Below, piece by piece: positions 16,156-24,218 of a DNA stretch of 32,000 bases. Within the stretch, counting starts at the first letter, position 1. Each line of letters starts with the position of its first letter. Below the pieces are notes generated by a model, which saw only the letters and a list, made by a program, of their open reading frames with translations, did no database searches and had not been told where the DNA came from. Source of the stretch: Candidatus Nanopusillus sp. (GTDB lineage: Archaea > Nanobdellota > Nanobdellia > Nanobdellales > Nanobdellaceae); the NCBI GenBank assembly GCA_028275775.1, contig JAPWTZ010000003.1, positions 7,274 to 39,273 of the forward strand. Direction: 5' to 3'. The position numbers and the translations under genes were made by a program.

Positions 16156-16350
16156 TTATGCTTGTAATTTGTCTCCTACCTTCTTTATTGATCCTTCTCT
16201 TAATAATCTTGATACTAATGCTTTTATAACTCTAACTCTTGTTCTTGGTCTTTTAGATTTTACTGCTTTTACTAATTCATCAACGGTTTTTGGAGTTTTT
16301 AATAATTCTAATAAAAGCTCTTTTAGTGTTTTTCTTCTTCTAGCTGCCAT
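16156..16350 (-). CDS. Small (64 aa) Arg/Lys-rich winged-helix-like DNA/RNA-binding protein
   Basis: MAARRRKTLKELLLELLKTPKTVDELVKAVKSKRPRTRVRVIKALVSRLLREGSIKKVGDKLQA has a helix-turn-helix-wing periodicity. The overlapping plus-strand ORF (16169-16357) looks non-protein-like. Confidence 0.45.
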   Translation of the reverse strand: MAARRRKTLKELLLELLKTPKTVDELVKAVKSKRPRTRVRVIKALVSRLLREGSIKKVGDKLQA

Positions 16351-16439
16351 ATATTAATATTGTTGAAATTAATTTATAAATTTATATCAATAATTTTTAA
16401 AAAAATATTTTATTTTATGTTTCTAAAATATTTTATATT

Positions 16440-17174
16440 ATGGATAATAAAATAAAAGAATTAATAAATAAATCTAATATATTACTTGAAATATTGGATG
16501 CTAGGTTTCCAAAATTATGTAGAGTAAAATATATAGAAAAATATATAAAAAATAAAAATAAGGACCTAATATTGGTTTTAAATAAATCTGATTTAGTAAG
16601 TGAAGATTTTCTAAAAAAAGTGGTAGAAGAATTTAGTAAAGAATATATAACAGTATATATGTCAGCAATATATAGAAAAGGAAGTAGAAAGTTAAGAGAG
16701 GCAATAAAAAAAGTTGGAAAGAAATATGAAAAAGCATATATCGGGGTATTTGGATATCCAAATACTGGAAAGTCTTCAATAATAAATATATTGGTTGGAA
16801 GAAGAAGTGCTGGTACTTCTCCAAAACCAGGATTTACAAAGCATTTACAAATAATTAAATTATCTAGAAAATATTATTTAATAGATTCTCCAGGTATTGT
16901 TGAAACAAAAAATAAATATTTATTATCAATTTTGGGAGCATATGATGTAGATAAATTAGAATATCCAGAAAAGGCAGTTTTATATTTATATAAAAAGATA
17001 GGTAAAAAACCATTTGAAGAATATTATAATATAAATATAGAAAATATAAAAGATTTATTTATTAAATTAAGGGAGAAGTATAATATAAAAAATGATTTTG
17101 ATTGGATAAAAAGGGTTTCAAAAATTATATTATATGATTGGCAAAAAGGAAAAATAAGAGCTTTTTTTCTTTAA
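16440..17174 (+). CDS. Circularly permuted GTPase of the YlqF/YawG (RbgA/Nug-like ribosome biogenesis) family
   Basis: The motif order is G4 (VLNKSDL), then G1 (GYPNTGKSS), then G3 (DSPG). This is the circular permutation diagnostic of the family. Confidence 0.75.
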   Translation: MDNKIKELINKSNILLEILDARFPKLCRVKYIEKYIKNKNKDLILVLNKSDLVSEDFLKKVVEEFSKEYITVYMSAIYRKGSRKLREAIKKVGKKYEKAYIGVFGYPNTGKSSIINILVGRRSAGTSPKPGFTKHLQIIKLSRKYYLIDSPGIVETKNKYLLSILGAYDVDKLEYPEKAVLYLYKKIGKKPFEEYYNINIENIKDLFIKLREKYNIKNDFDWIKRVSKIILYDWQKGKIRAFFL

Positions 17175-17226
17175 CCGCGGTGTCACCAGCCTCATACTCG
17201 GAATCCCTCATTGATCAGGAGGTGCG
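17175..17226. ncRNA. Unassigned GC-rich island, candidate structured small RNA; strand undetermined
   Basis: CCGCGGTGTCACCAGCCTCATACTCGGAATCCCTCATTGATCAGGAGGTGCG has 31 of 52 positions G/C by my count, in a flank that is almost pure A/T. No ORF. The only comparably GC-rich non-coding islands in the window are the two tRNAs. Confidence 0.4.
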
Positions 17227-17258
17227 ATAATAATTATATACTTTTTTAAATTATAAAA

Positions 17259-17319
17259 TTATATATGAAGAAATCGATGTCGACTGAAAGATGATGAAAA
17301 GAGGGTATTCAGATTATAA
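17259..17319 (+). ncRNA. Candidate box C/D sRNA (2'-O-methylation guide)
   Basis: C ATGAAGA (17265-17271), 12-nt guide aatcgatgtcga, D' CTGA (17284-17287), 3-nt spacer, C' ATGATGA (17291-17297), 12-nt guide aaagagggtatt, D CAGA (17310-17313). The 12/3/12 spacing is canonical for archaea. The flanks can form about 5 A-U pairs. C and D each deviate from consensus at one position. Confidence 0.5.
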
Positions 17320-18255
17320 AAATTCAGATATAATTATTGGCAATATAATTGTTATATCCCCCCATATATTTACATGTTTTGCATTTTTTCTAATTTTTTT
17401 CCAAGTTATTGCTTCTTTTGTTTTTGCTCCAGATAAACTTCCATCTAACTCATTTGCAGAACTAATATATATTGCATATTCTAATCCTCCAGAAAATTGA
17501 GCCCACCATATTGTATGATGTTTTGATATTCCTCCTCCTAAAATTAAAGCTCCAACCTTTCTTTCTCCAAAGAATTTTGATGCTAAAAATTTTTCATCTT
17601 CCCATACAGATACTTGTATATCTGGATAATCATATTCTTTCATTAATATTTGTGTTCCAACTGCACCATCCGTAATTCCAGGTACAATTATTGGTATATT
17701 ATTTTTATATGACCAATATATTATACTTTCTTCTTTTTTATCAAATTTTTCTAATCTTTTTCCAATTTCAAATATTAATTCATGAGTAGATATTAAATTC
17801 CTATTTTTATTTTTTAATTCTTTAAATATATCATCTAAAATTGGTCTTAATGTATTTTCAATTGCTATACCATAATTTTCTTCTGGTATATATATGTTTC
17901 CTAACCTTAATATTCCTTCTTCCCTTAATTTTATATCATCAGAATCAAAATATCCCAAATAATAATCTTTTGTTAGTCTTGCAATATCATGATCTAATGT
18001 TCCAGCTGTTGTAATAATTATATCAAATAACTTATTTTTAATAATATCCTTAATTATACCTCTAATTCCTGTTGCAATAATATCTGCAGGAAAACTTAAT
18101 ACTTTAATTGTATTTTTATCATTTAGCATTTCTTTTAATATTTCATATCCTCTATATAATTCTTGTGCCTGAAATCCTCCTATATATTTAAATTGCTCTA
18201 TTAAATCTCTTATTTTCATATCTTTATTTATTTTTAAATCTCTCACAGGATCCAT
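17314..18255 (-). CDS. dys: Deoxyhypusine synthase
   Basis: 313 aa with ...GTLDHD... and ALILGGGISKHH, the NAD/spermidine-binding signature of DHS. Confidence 0.85.
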   Translation of the reverse strand: MDPVRDLKINKDMKIRDLIEQFKYIGGFQAQELYRGYEILKEMLNDKNTIKVLSFPADIIATGIRGIIKDIIKNKLFDIIITTAGTLDHDIARLTKDYYLGYFDSDDIKLREEGILRLGNIYIPEENYGIAIENTLRPILDDIFKELKNKNRNLISTHELIFEIGKRLEKFDKKEESIIYWSYKNNIPIIVPGITDGAVGTQILMKEYDYPDIQVSVWEDEKFLASKFFGERKVGALILGGGISKHHTIWWAQFSGGLEYAIYISSANELDGSLSGAKTKEAITWKKIRKNAKHVNIWGDITIILPIIISEFL

Positions 18256-18283
18256 TTATAAAATTTAAATAAAAAATTTTAAA

Positions 18284-18613
18284 ATGGATTATATAACAAT
18301 AGATGAATTCTCAAAAATAAAATTGGTTGTTGGAAAGGTTATAGATGTACAGGATCATCCAAATGCAGATAGATTATATATATTAAAAGTTGATTTGGGA
18401 AATGAAGTAAGACAAATTGTATCTGGAATAAAACAATGGTATAAAAAAGAAGAATTATTAAATAAAAAAATAATAATTGTTTATAATTTGCAACCAAAAA
18501 GTTTTAGAGGAGTAGAATCTCAAGGGATGTTATTAGCTGCAGAAGATGGAAAAGGTAATTTATCATTATTAACAGTTGATAGAGATATAAAGGAAGGATC
18601 TTTTGTTCATTAA
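18284..18613 (+). CDS. Free-standing tRNA-binding domain protein (Trbp111 / CsaA / MetRS C-terminal-domain-like OB fold)
   Basis: KLVVGKVIDVQDHPNADRLYILKVDLGNEVRQIVSGI...NLQPKSFRGVESQGMLLAAED. Confidence 0.8.
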   Translation: MDYITIDEFSKIKLVVGKVIDVQDHPNADRLYILKVDLGNEVRQIVSGIKQWYKKEELLNKKIIIVYNLQPKSFRGVESQGMLLAAEDGKGNLSLLTVDRDIKEGSFVH

Positions 18614-18617
18614 AAGT

Positions 18618-19901
18618 TTAATCTTTATTAAAGTTAAATAATTCATAAGAGCTTCTTTCATTTATTTCTCCAGCAATATTTGTTAAAAACATTTTTTTAA
18701 CTTCTTCGTAATTTTCTGTATGTCCTAAAACATACATTAATTTTACATATGCTGTTTCTGGATGCATATCTTCTGCATATATAACTCCTAAATTATATAA
18801 TAATCTTGCATTACTATATACAAAAGGATTTGTTCTTCCAAATATTGTTTGAGATGTCATAACAAATATTGTACCTTTTTCTATTCCATATTTTATATTT
18901 TCAATCCACGAATATTTTTTATCTGTTGGACTTGTTGGTACATGCCCAAATCCTGTTCCTTCTATTACAATCCCTTTGTAATTTTTATCTACATAATATT
19001 TTATTATATCAGGATCAGAACCTGGATATGTTTTTATTAATGCAACCTTTTTACATAATTTATCATCCAAATATGGATTATTATTATTATTTCTTTTTCT
19101 ATAATTATTATCGATTATTTCAATCTTTTTATTATATGGAAATATCTTTGCCAATGGTAAAGAATTTATTGATTGAAATGCATCTCTTCTTTCTGTATGC
19201 ATTTTTCTAACTTTTGTTCCTCTATGTGCATATGAAAAAATATCAGAACTGCTTCCATGCATTACAACTGCTATTTCTGCTATATCAGAATTATCATATA
19301 CTGCAGAAGATAATAAATTGAAAAATGCATCTGAGGATGGTCTATCAGAAGATCTCTGGGATCCAGTAATTGAAACTGGTTTATTTAAATTTTTTACAAT
19401 AAAAGATAATGCTGCTGATGTATAATGCATTGTATCAGTTCCATGTAATATTGTTACCCCATTTATGTCATCATTTAATAACTTTACTAATATTTTTCCA
19501 ATTTCTATCCAATTATCCGGTATCATATCTTCTGAAGCAATTGAAAATGGTATTTCTATATTTTTAATTTCAACATAATCTAATAGATCTGGTGCTAGAT
19601 CAATTAATTCTTCAGGTTTAGTTAACATATGAACTCCACCAGTTCTATAATCTATTTTTGATAATATTGTTCCGCCAGTGGCTAATATTGATATTTTATT
19701 CTTCTTACTTTCTAATTTTTTATATTCTTTATTCTCATATTTTGATTCTATTTCTTCCTTATTTAATTCTAAAATATCATCATTTTTTATTCCAATATTA
19801 TAACCGTTCTTTAATTTTATTATTATAAATTCAGATGTTTCATTTACTAAATAACCTTCAAATACTTTGTTATCTTTCGTTCTTATTTTTGCATATTTCA
19901 T
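18618..19901 (-). CDS. gatD: Glutamyl-tRNA(Gln) amidotransferase subunit D
   Basis: GatD-specific N-terminal beta domain followed by an asparaginase-like core (ISILATGGTILSK, ILHGTDTMHYTSAALSF). Confidence 0.85.
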   Translation of the reverse strand: MKYAKIRTKDNKVFEGYLVNETSEFIIIKLKNGYNIGIKNDDILELNKEEIESKYENKEYKKLESKKNKISILATGGTILSKIDYRTGGVHMLTKPEELIDLAPDLLDYVEIKNIEIPFSIASEDMIPDNWIEIGKILVKLLNDDINGVTILHGTDTMHYTSAALSFIVKNLNKPVSITGSQRSSDRPSSDAFFNLLSSAVYDNSDIAEIAVVMHGSSSDIFSYAHRGTKVRKMHTERRDAFQSINSLPLAKIFPYNKKIEIIDNNYRKRNNNNNPYLDDKLCKKVALIKTYPGSDPDIIKYYVDKNYKGIVIEGTGFGHVPTSPTDKKYSWIENIKYGIEKGTIFVMTSQTIFGRTNPFVYSNARLLYNLGVIYAEDMHPETAYVKLMYVLGHTENYEEVKKMFLTNIAGEINERSSYELFNFNKD

Positions 19902-19955
19902 AAAAGTTTAATATAAAAAATATTTTAATTTTTTATTATAAAAATATTTAACAAA

Positions 19956-20249
19956 TTATTTTAATGGATAAATATAATTTGTTCCATTTATATTACATAT
20001 AATATCTGTTGAATTATAATAGCAATTTACATATGTTTGATTTATGCTATTTAAATAACATTGAGAAAAATTATAAACTTGTCCTAAAAATGCATAATTT
20101 ATCATATTCTGTGCGCAATCTGCATATGCTATAATATTTGAATCCATATGAATAATATTTGTCGATAAATATTGAGTGGTAGCTACTATTGATGCTGCTA
20201 TAATTAATGCTGGTAGTATAAACATTGGTAAGGTAGATTCTAACTTCAT
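19956..20249 (-). CDS. Small secreted Asn/Tyr/Cys-rich protein, apparent paralog of the 6551-7775 family
   Basis: N-terminal hydrophobic segment MKLESTLPMFILPALIIAASIVATT. The ectodomain has 4 Cys and the shared motif YVNCYYNST, plus sequons. Confidence 0.45.
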   Translation of the reverse strand: MKLESTLPMFILPALIIAASIVATTQYLSTNIIHMDSNIIAYADCAQNMINYAFLGQVYNFSQCYLNSINQTYVNCYYNSTDIICNINGTNYIYPLK

Positions 20250-20534
20250 AATAATAATAGTTATAATAAATTTTATAAATTTTATCTTTTCTGATTATCT
20301 TATAATTTATTTAATAGCAATGATCTATGTAATATTTAAAAATTTATTTATTAATGATTATCTTAACATGATTTTTTTACTATTCAGAAAAATTTGTTAA
20401 GTATTTATATAATTTATATATTTTATTATTTTATGTTAAAAGCTATCTTAAATTTATGAAAATTCACTAAGACCTTCAAAAAACACTATTTTTTTATAGA
20501 AATATTTTTAATATGCGAAATGCCATAACTATAA

Positions 20535-21620
20535 ATGGCAGAAGCTAATAATAAAATGGAAGATGAAATAATAGGAGTATCGCCAGGAGAGGAGTTTAAA
20601 TTGTTGCCAACAATAAAAATAATAGGTGTAGGCGGGGCAGGATGTAATATGGCAGATTGGTTATATAGAATGAATATAAAAGGTGCTGAAGTAATTGCAG
20701 CAAATACAGATTATGCTCATTTAAAGATAGTTAGAGCCCATAAAAAAGTTCTATTAGGTAAAGAAGTTACAAGGGGATTGGGTGCTGGAGGATTGCCATC
20801 AAAAGGAATGGAAGCTGCAAGATCTTCTCAATCAGATATAAGGAAATTATTAGAAGGTGCAGATATGGTTTGGATATTATTAGGTTTAGGAGGAGGAACT
20901 GGTACAGGAGGAGCACCAGTTGTTGCACAAATAGCAAAAGAAGCTGGAGTACCACTTGTAGTAGCAGTTGCAACATTACCTTTCTATAATGAAGGTGTAG
21001 TAAGAAGAGAAAAAGCAGAAGAGGGTCTAGCACAATTAAGAAAATATGCAGATAATGTTATATTAATTGATAACAATAAGATATTACAATATGCAGGTAA
21101 TTTACCATTTACACAAGCATTTGGATATGCAAATAATTTAATAGGACAAATGATAAAGGGTTTAGTAGAAACATTTGATAAAGCTTCATATATTAACTTA
21201 GATTTCGCAGATGTAAAAACAGTATTAGGTGTAGGTGGGGCTTCAATAGTAGGTATTGGAATTGCAGATGATGAAAAGAGAGCAGTAACTGCTGCAAAGA
21301 GGGCATTAGAATTACCATTATTGGATGTTGATTATAATGGTGCAGCTGGTGCTTTAGTACATGTTGAAGGAGGACCAGATATGACATTAAATGAAATAAA
21401 TGAAGCAATGGAATATATAAAACAACATCTAGGAGAAGATGCATTAACAATAATGGGTGCAAGGCAATCTGAAGAAATGAAAGGAAAGATTAAGGTTACA
21501 GTAATTATATCTGGAGTTAAGAGTCCATATATATTAGGAAAATGGAAGGAAGAATGGGAATCTGGAGAATTAACAAAAGTAAGGAAAGATGTGAATCTAG
21601 GTATTGATGTACTACAATAG
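20535..21620 (+). CDS. ftsZ: Cell division GTPase FtsZ
   Basis: GVGGAGCNM and the tubulin signature GLGGGTGTGGAPVVA. Confidence 0.95.
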   Translation: MAEANNKMEDEIIGVSPGEEFKLLPTIKIIGVGGAGCNMADWLYRMNIKGAEVIAANTDYAHLKIVRAHKKVLLGKEVTRGLGAGGLPSKGMEAARSSQSDIRKLLEGADMVWILLGLGGGTGTGGAPVVAQIAKEAGVPLVVAVATLPFYNEGVVRREKAEEGLAQLRKYADNVILIDNNKILQYAGNLPFTQAFGYANNLIGQMIKGLVETFDKASYINLDFADVKTVLGVGGASIVGIGIADDEKRAVTAAKRALELPLLDVDYNGAAGALVHVEGGPDMTLNEINEAMEYIKQHLGEDALTIMGARQSEEMKGKIKVTVIISGVKSPYILGKWKEEWESGELTKVRKDVNLGIDVLQ

Positions 21621-21650
21621 ACTTTTTTAATTTAATTTTATATATTTTTT

Positions 21651-23345
21651 ATGGAGTTTGCGAAACTTGCTGAGGTATTTAGGAAATTAGAATCTGTTTC
21701 TGAAAAAAATCAAAAAACAGAAATATTAGCTAGATTTATTAAGGAAATAGATAAAGATTCTTTAAAAGAGACTTTTATGTTATTACAGGGAATGATTTTT
21801 TATCCATGGGAAGATAAGGATATAGGAATAGCTGAAAAATTTACTATTAGAGCTTTATCTTTGGCTACAGGTTATGATAAGGATTATATTGAAAGTTTAT
21901 TTGTAAAAACAGGAGATCTTGGGGTAGTTGCAGAAAAATTAGTAGCGGAAAGAAAACAAAAATCCATATTTACAAAGAAATTAACTGTAAAGGATGTATA
22001 CAATACTTTTAGGACAATAGGAGAATTGGAAGGAGAAGGAACACAAGATAAAAAGATTAAATATCTGGCTAATTTATTTATTTCATCATCACCAATAGAA
22101 GCAAAATATATTGCAAGATTAACATTAGAGGATTTAAAAATAGGTGTTGGGGAGGGAATTATAATAGATTCTATAGCTATGGCCTTTGGTTTACCATCAG
22201 AAAATGTAGAAATTGCTTATTCAATTTTGAATGATTTTGGTGAACTGGTAAAACAAATTTTAGAAAAAGGAAAGGATATTGTATTTAAATTAGAACCAAT
22301 ATTAGGAAATCCAATTAGAGTAATGTTAGCAATAAAAGCGGAGAGTGCTAAAGAGGCTTTAGATGTTGTTGGAAGACCTGCACAGGTTGAATATAAATAT
22401 GATGGATTTAGGGTTCAAATACATAAAAAAGGTGATCAAATATCTTTATGGACTAGGAGATTGGAAAATGTAACAAAGCAATTTCCAGATGTAATAGAAT
22501 ATATTAAAGAATGTTTTCCAAATGATAAGGACTTTTTAGTTGAGGGAGAAATTGTTGGATATGATAAAGAAAATAAAAAATATTTACCATTTCAGAGGAT
22601 TTCTAGAAGAATTAGAAGAAAATATGATATAGAAAAGATGGTTAAGGAAATACCCGTTGTTGTTAGAATCTTTGATATAATTTATTATGATGGAAAATCT
22701 TTAATAAATACACCATTTAAAGAAAGAAGAAAGATATTGGAATCAATAGTAAAGCAAGATATAAATAAAATATCATTATCAGAAAGTATAATAACATCTT
22801 CAGATGAAGAAGCTCAAAAATTTTTTGAAGAGGCAATTAGTAATGGTTTAGAAGGTGTTATGTTTAAAAAATTAGATGCGCCATATCATCCTGGAAGAAG
22901 GGTTGGTTATATGGTTAAATTAAAACCTGTAAAAGAGTCTTTAGATGTGGTAATAGTTGGTGCTGAATGGGGAGAAGGAAAGAGAAGTGGATGGTTAACA
23001 TCCTTTGTGATTGCTGTTAGGGATGAAAAAACAGGAAAATTATTGGAAGTTGGCGAAGTAGGAAGTGGATTTAAAGAGAAAAAGGAAAGTCCAGATGATG
23101 TAACATTTGAGGAAATGACAGAAATGTTAAAAGATTATATAGAGGAGCAAAATGGAAAGTATGTAAAGATTAAACCAAAAATTGTAATAGAGGTATTGTA
23201 TGATGAAATAGAGAAAAGTCCTAAATATTCTTCAGGTTATGCACTAAGGTTTCCTAGGTTTATAAGACTTAGACCTGATAAATCTGTTGAGGATGCTGAT
23301 ACTATTGATAGGTTAGTAGAACTATATAAAAGCCAAAAAAAGTAA
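21651..23345 (+). CDS. lig: ATP-dependent DNA ligase
   Basis: Adenylation motif I EYKYDGFRVQIH, plus EGEIV, EGVMFK, MVKLKP and a C-terminal OB domain (LRFPRFIRLRPDK). Confidence 0.95.
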   Translation: MEFAKLAEVFRKLESVSEKNQKTEILARFIKEIDKDSLKETFMLLQGMIFYPWEDKDIGIAEKFTIRALSLATGYDKDYIESLFVKTGDLGVVAEKLVAERKQKSIFTKKLTVKDVYNTFRTIGELEGEGTQDKKIKYLANLFISSSPIEAKYIARLTLEDLKIGVGEGIIIDSIAMAFGLPSENVEIAYSILNDFGELVKQILEKGKDIVFKLEPILGNPIRVMLAIKAESAKEALDVVGRPAQVEYKYDGFRVQIHKKGDQISLWTRRLENVTKQFPDVIEYIKECFPNDKDFLVEGEIVGYDKENKKYLPFQRISRRIRRKYDIEKMVKEIPVVVRIFDIIYYDGKSLINTPFKERRKILESIVKQDINKISLSESIITSSDEEAQKFFEEAISNGLEGVMFKKLDAPYHPGRRVGYMVKLKPVKESLDVVIVGAEWGEGKRSGWLTSFVIAVRDEKTGKLLEVGEVGSGFKEKKESPDDVTFEEMTEMLKDYIEEQNGKYVKIKPKIVIEVLYDEIEKSPKYSSGYALRFPRFIRLRPDKSVEDADTIDRLVELYKSQKK

Positions 23346-23380
23346 TTCTATTTTTAAGCTTTTTATTATATAGATAAATT

Positions 23381-24217
23381 ATGGTTATAAGTGAAGAGTT
23401 GGTAGAGAAGATAAAGTCATCTTTTAATTTGAATACTTATGAAGCTAGGATATGGTTGGCCCTATTAATGAAAGGAGTTGCGACTGCTGGAGAATTGGCA
23501 GATATTGCAGATATACCAAGGTCAAGAGCATATGATGTTTTAGAATCATTAGAAAAGAAAGGATTTGTAATCATGAAACTTGGAAAACCAATAAAATATC
23601 TTGCTGTTCCACCTACAGAAGTTGTTGAAAGAGTAAAAAGAAGATATGAAGAAACAATGACAAGAAAAATTAATGAATTGGAAAAAGTAAAGACTTCTGA
23701 CTTAATTAAAGAATTAGATGCATTACATAAATCTGGTGCTGGATCAATAGATGTTTCTGAAAAATCTGGAGCAATAAGAGGGCAGCAAAATATAATAAGT
23801 CATTTAGAATCAATGTTGAAAGAAGCTGAAAAACATGTAAATATTGTTACAACTCAATTAACATTTGTTAGAGATGCAATTGCATTGAAGCCAATATTTT
23901 ATGAATTAAGAGAAAGACAAATACCAGTTAGAATTATAACACCAATAGATGAGGGAAATGCAAAATATGTACAAGAATTAATGAGTGTAGTTGAAATATA
24001 TGATGCTGGAGATTATAGGGGAAGAATTGTTACAATTGATTCTGAAGAAATATTAATGATGTTGTTTGATGAAAAAGAAGTTCCATCTTCAATGGATGTT
24101 GCTGTTTGGTTGTATGCACCAGCATTGGCAAAATTCATAGATGATATGATTGAAGTATTATTGCCAAAATTAAAACCAGCACAACAAAGTTTAGTTGAAA
24201 AGAAATTAATAATATAG
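23381..24217 (+). CDS. TrmB-family transcriptional regulator
   Basis: N-terminal wHTH YEARIWLALLMKGVATAGELADIADIPRSRAYDVLESLEKKGFV, a coiled-coil linker, and a C-terminal TrmB-type effector domain. Confidence 0.75.
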   Translation: MVISEELVEKIKSSFNLNTYEARIWLALLMKGVATAGELADIADIPRSRAYDVLESLEKKGFVIMKLGKPIKYLAVPPTEVVERVKRRYEETMTRKINELEKVKTSDLIKELDALHKSGAGSIDVSEKSGAIRGQQNIISHLESMLKEAEKHVNIVTTQLTFVRDAIALKPIFYELRERQIPVRIITPIDEGNAKYVQELMSVVEIYDAGDYRGRIVTIDSEEILMMLFDEKEVPSSMDVAVWLYAPALAKFIDDMIEVLLPKLKPAQQSLVEKKLII

Positions 24218-24218
24218 A

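Noticed and set aside
17175-17226. Reading the GC-rich island as a split-tRNA half, as a fragment of rRNA, or as a second C/D sRNA.
   Set aside because: No T-arm (GTTCRAAT) is present for a 3' half. A minus-strand 5'-half model lacks U8 and A21 and has purine 32. The CACCTCCT match to the 16S 3' end is only 8 nt. CUGA and AUGAGG words are present, but their order and spacing do not fit C/D architecture. I kept it as an unassigned ncRNA candidate instead.
20250-20534. The longest intergenic region (285 nt, upstream of ftsZ), including track ORF 20176-20400 and an 11-nt repeat tgattatctta (20292 and 20355).
   Set aside because: I searched for tRNA-like, C/D box or GC-rich structured segments and found none. 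The ORF is low-complexity and overlaps the start of the 97-aa gene. An 11-nt AT-rich repeat is within chance expectation. The region is probably just the ftsZ promoter and leader.
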